64,000 nucleotides of DNA from Mustelus asterias (Eukaryota), in assembly GCF_964213995.1 (NCBI RefSeq), contig NC_135834.1, forward strand, positions 17,360,001 through 17,424,000, in the 5' to 3' direction. This document shows, piece by piece, positions 61,508 through 64,000 of this stretch. The translations under genes and the position numbers were made by a program. The notes under the pieces are model-generated. The model was not told the origin of the DNA. It saw only the letters and a list, made by a program, of their open reading frames with translations, and did no database searches. The first letter of the stretch is position 1; the number at the start of each line of letters is the position of its first letter.

Positions 61508-62965
61508 TTAGTTGTGAACTCGCTTGTGTCTCACCAGGGCAGATGACTGAGTGAATCCCTTCCCACAGTCTGAGCAGGTGTATGGTCTCTCCCCAGTGTG
61601 AACACGCTGGTGTACTATAAGATCAGATGATGTCCTGAACCTAGACCCACAGTGAGAGCACTTGAATGGTTTCTCATCAGTGTGGACCCGTTGGTGGGTC
61701 ATCAGATTCCCAGAAATTTTGAAACACTTCCCACAGTCTGGGCATTTAAAGGGTTTCTCATCAGTGTGAACTCGCTGGTGTCTCACCAGGGTGGACGTCT
61801 GATTGAATCCTTTGCCACACTGGGAGCAGATGAACGGTCTCTCCCCAGTGTGAACTCGCTGGTGTACACTGAGCTTTGATGATGTCTTGAACCCAGACCC
61901 ACAGTGAGAGCACCTGAATGGTTTCTTGTCTGTGTGAACATGTTGATGGGAAACTAGATTTCCAGATCTTTTAAAACATTTCCCACAGTCTGTGCATTTA
62001 AAAGGTTTCTCCCCAGTGTGAACACGTTGGTGTGCAGCGAGATTCGATGATGTCTTGAACCCAGTCCCACAGTGAGCGCAACTGAACGGTTTCTCATCAG
62101 TGTGAACACGTTGATGGGACATCAGTTCCCCAGAACGTTTAAAGCACTTCCCACAATCTGGACATTTGAATGGTCTCCCCGCAGTGTGAACTCGCTGGTG
62201 TGCAGTGAGATTAGAAGATGTCTTGAACCCAGTCCCACAATGAGAGCATCTGAATGGTCTTTCATTGGTGTGAACAAGTTGATGGGACATCAGTTCACTG
62301 GAACTTTTATAACACTTCCCACAGTCTGGACATTTAAATGGTCTCTCCCCAGTGTGAACTCTATGGTGTATGTACAGGGCTGATAACTGAGTGAATCCCC
62401 TCCCACAGTCAGAACAAGTGAAGGGCTTGTCTCCAGTGTGAATTTGCTGGTGTTTAATGAGTTCAGATGATGTCTTGAATGCAGACCCACAGTGAGAGCA
62501 GCTGAATGGTCTCCGATCAGTGTGAACATGTTGATGGGACGTCAGTTCCCTGGAACTTTTAAAGCACTTCCCACATTCTGGGCATGTAAAAGGTTTCTTG
62601 TCAGTGTGAACTTGATAGTGTGACAGCAGTTGGGATGACTGATTGAATCCCTTCCCACACTGGGAGCAGGAGAAAGGCCTCTCTCCAGTGTGAACTTGCT
62701 GGTGTCTCAGCAGATGGGATGACTGAGTGAATCCCTTCCCACATGTGGGGCAGGTGAAAGGTCTCTCCCCAGTGTGACTGTGTTGATGCTTTTTCAGGTC
62801 ACTTGGGTATTTGAAACCCTTCCCGCAGTCTCCACATTTGCACATCTTCTCCCCAGTGTGACTGCATTTGTGTTGTGACAGACCAGCAGATCGGCTGAAT
62901 TCTTGTCCACATACAAAACACGTGTAAGGTTTCTCCCCACTGCAAACGGTGCTTTTTCCTTCCAT
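61508..62965 (-). CDS. C2H2 zinc-finger protein (ZNF-H), 17 intact fingers
   Basis: Uninterrupted array, ATG at 62965, acceptor ttttacag at 63075, AATAAA on minus at about 61389-61394. Confidence 0.95.
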   Translation of the reverse strand: MEGKSTVCSGEKPYTCFVCGQEFSRSAGLSQHKCSHTGEKMCKCGDCGKGFKYPSDLKKHQHSHTGERPFTCPTCGKGFTQSSHLLRHQQVHTGERPFSCSQCGKGFNQSSQLLSHYQVHTDKKPFTCPECGKCFKSSRELTSHQHVHTDRRPFSCSHCGSAFKTSSELIKHQQIHTGDKPFTCSDCGRGFTQLSALYIHHRVHTGERPFKCPDCGKCYKSSSELMSHQLVHTNERPFRCSHCGTGFKTSSNLTAHQRVHTAGRPFKCPDCGKCFKRSGELMSHQRVHTDEKPFSCAHCGTGFKTSSNLAAHQRVHTGEKPFKCTDCGKCFKRSGNLVSHQHVHTDKKPFRCSHCGSGFKTSSKLSVHQRVHTGERPFICSQCGKGFNQTSTLVRHQRVHTDEKPFKCPDCGKCFKISGNLMTHQRVHTDEKPFKCSHCGSRFRTSSDLIVHQRVHTGERPYTCSDCGKGFTQSSALVRHKRVHN

Positions 62966-64000
62966 TTTCAATATTCAATGATATTCTGGTTACGATAAAT
63001 TGGGCAACTCTTTCAAATCCTAATATGATATTTGGTTTCAGTTTCCTGACTGCAAATCCTCCTCTTCTAATACCCTGTAAAATTGGTTTAAAGTTAAAAA
63101 AAAGTGAGAGAGAACCCACAAAAACACAAAGGCAGGTTGTAAAATTGAACTGAATGTAACTGGTAATTTGTAAGGCTGGGAGGTAGGAAAAACCATAAAA
63201 GGTTTTTGTAAAAACCCAACTGGTTCACTAATGTCTTTCATGGAAGGGAACCTGGCAGAAAATCTGGGATTGCACAAGACTCCTGCCCACAAGAGATGAG
63301 AGGGAGAAAAAGATAGACAGAGAGAAGTGGGAGAACAAAAGGGTGAAGGAGAAATATTGCATATATCTACATCTTAACCAGAACTCTGACAGAATCTCAC
63401 AAACCCTCCACCACCGAGAAGGACCAGGGTAGCAGGTGTATCTGGACACCATCACTTCCAAGTTACACAGTGTGATATAGTTCCAACTCAAGATGCTGTG
63501 TGACAAGGATATGAACCTGCAGGTGGTGGTATCCGTGTACACCTCTGTCCTTCTTGGGTATAAAGGTTGCGGGCTTCAAAGGTGCTGCAAAAGGAATTTT
63601 GGTGCATTGTGCAGTGCATCTTGCAGATGGCACACAGTGCTGCCACTGCGATCAGGGAAACTGGGGTTGTTCTGCTTGAAGCAAAATAGTTTGAAGGGAA
63701 ACACAAGCAAATTACTGCAGCTTCTGGAACCTGAAACAAAAACAGAAACTGCTGGAAAATCTCAGGCGGTCTGACAGGATCTGGGGAGAGAGAACAACAC
63801 TCGGCGTGGAGGGACTGGGACGGTTTGTTTATGGTCCAGACACCTGGAGGCCTGAAGCTCTTGACCGCTTGTGCTTTGTCCCCATTGGTGTGGGTGGAGG
63901 CGTGCCCTCCGCTGCGCTACCTGCGGTCGATGGCTGTCTCCCTCAGGGTGGGCGGGGGGAGAATTGTTGCTGGTTTGCTGGGTTCTCTGTCTCTTTCTTG

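Noticed and set aside
63800-64000. GC-richer sequence at the window edge
   Set aside because: Truncated by the window; cannot tell promoter from repeat

Overview
Eukaryotic, repeat-dense vertebrate DNA, most likely from a shark. That call is an inference from HE1-type V-SINEs, HER1/CR1 LINEs, Deu-type SINEs and a 69-bp shark-type tandem repeat, all recognised from memory and not by search. The backbone is a tandem cluster of at least 8 C2H2 zinc-finger (ZNF) loci, all on the minus strand, with no KRAB/SCAN/BTB domain visible. Three have open finger arrays (14852-15739, 10 units; 56169-57041, 9 plus 1 degenerate; 61508-62965, 17 fingers). Five are pseudogenes or fragments, and there is one intact and two decayed NRF1/YY1-type promoters. 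The spacers hold nested mobile elements: many CR1 LINEs (two full length with an esterase ORF1), L2, Rex1/Babar, Penelope ends carrying hammerhead ribozymes, a Ty1/copia remnant with PPT and LTR, an LTR-like remnant that caps a ZNF ORF, TIR elements, minisatellites and a tRNA-Lys pseudogene. The most notable signals are (i) a length-invariant 109-nt ZNF exon leader that is stop-ridden in the ZNF frame but mostly open in another frame (candidate conserved uORF/micropeptide), (ii) a fixed two-finger module from which the arrays are built, (iii) the hammerhead ribozymes, (iv) the copia element and (v) a four-layer nested TIR structure. Repeat boundaries are approximate.
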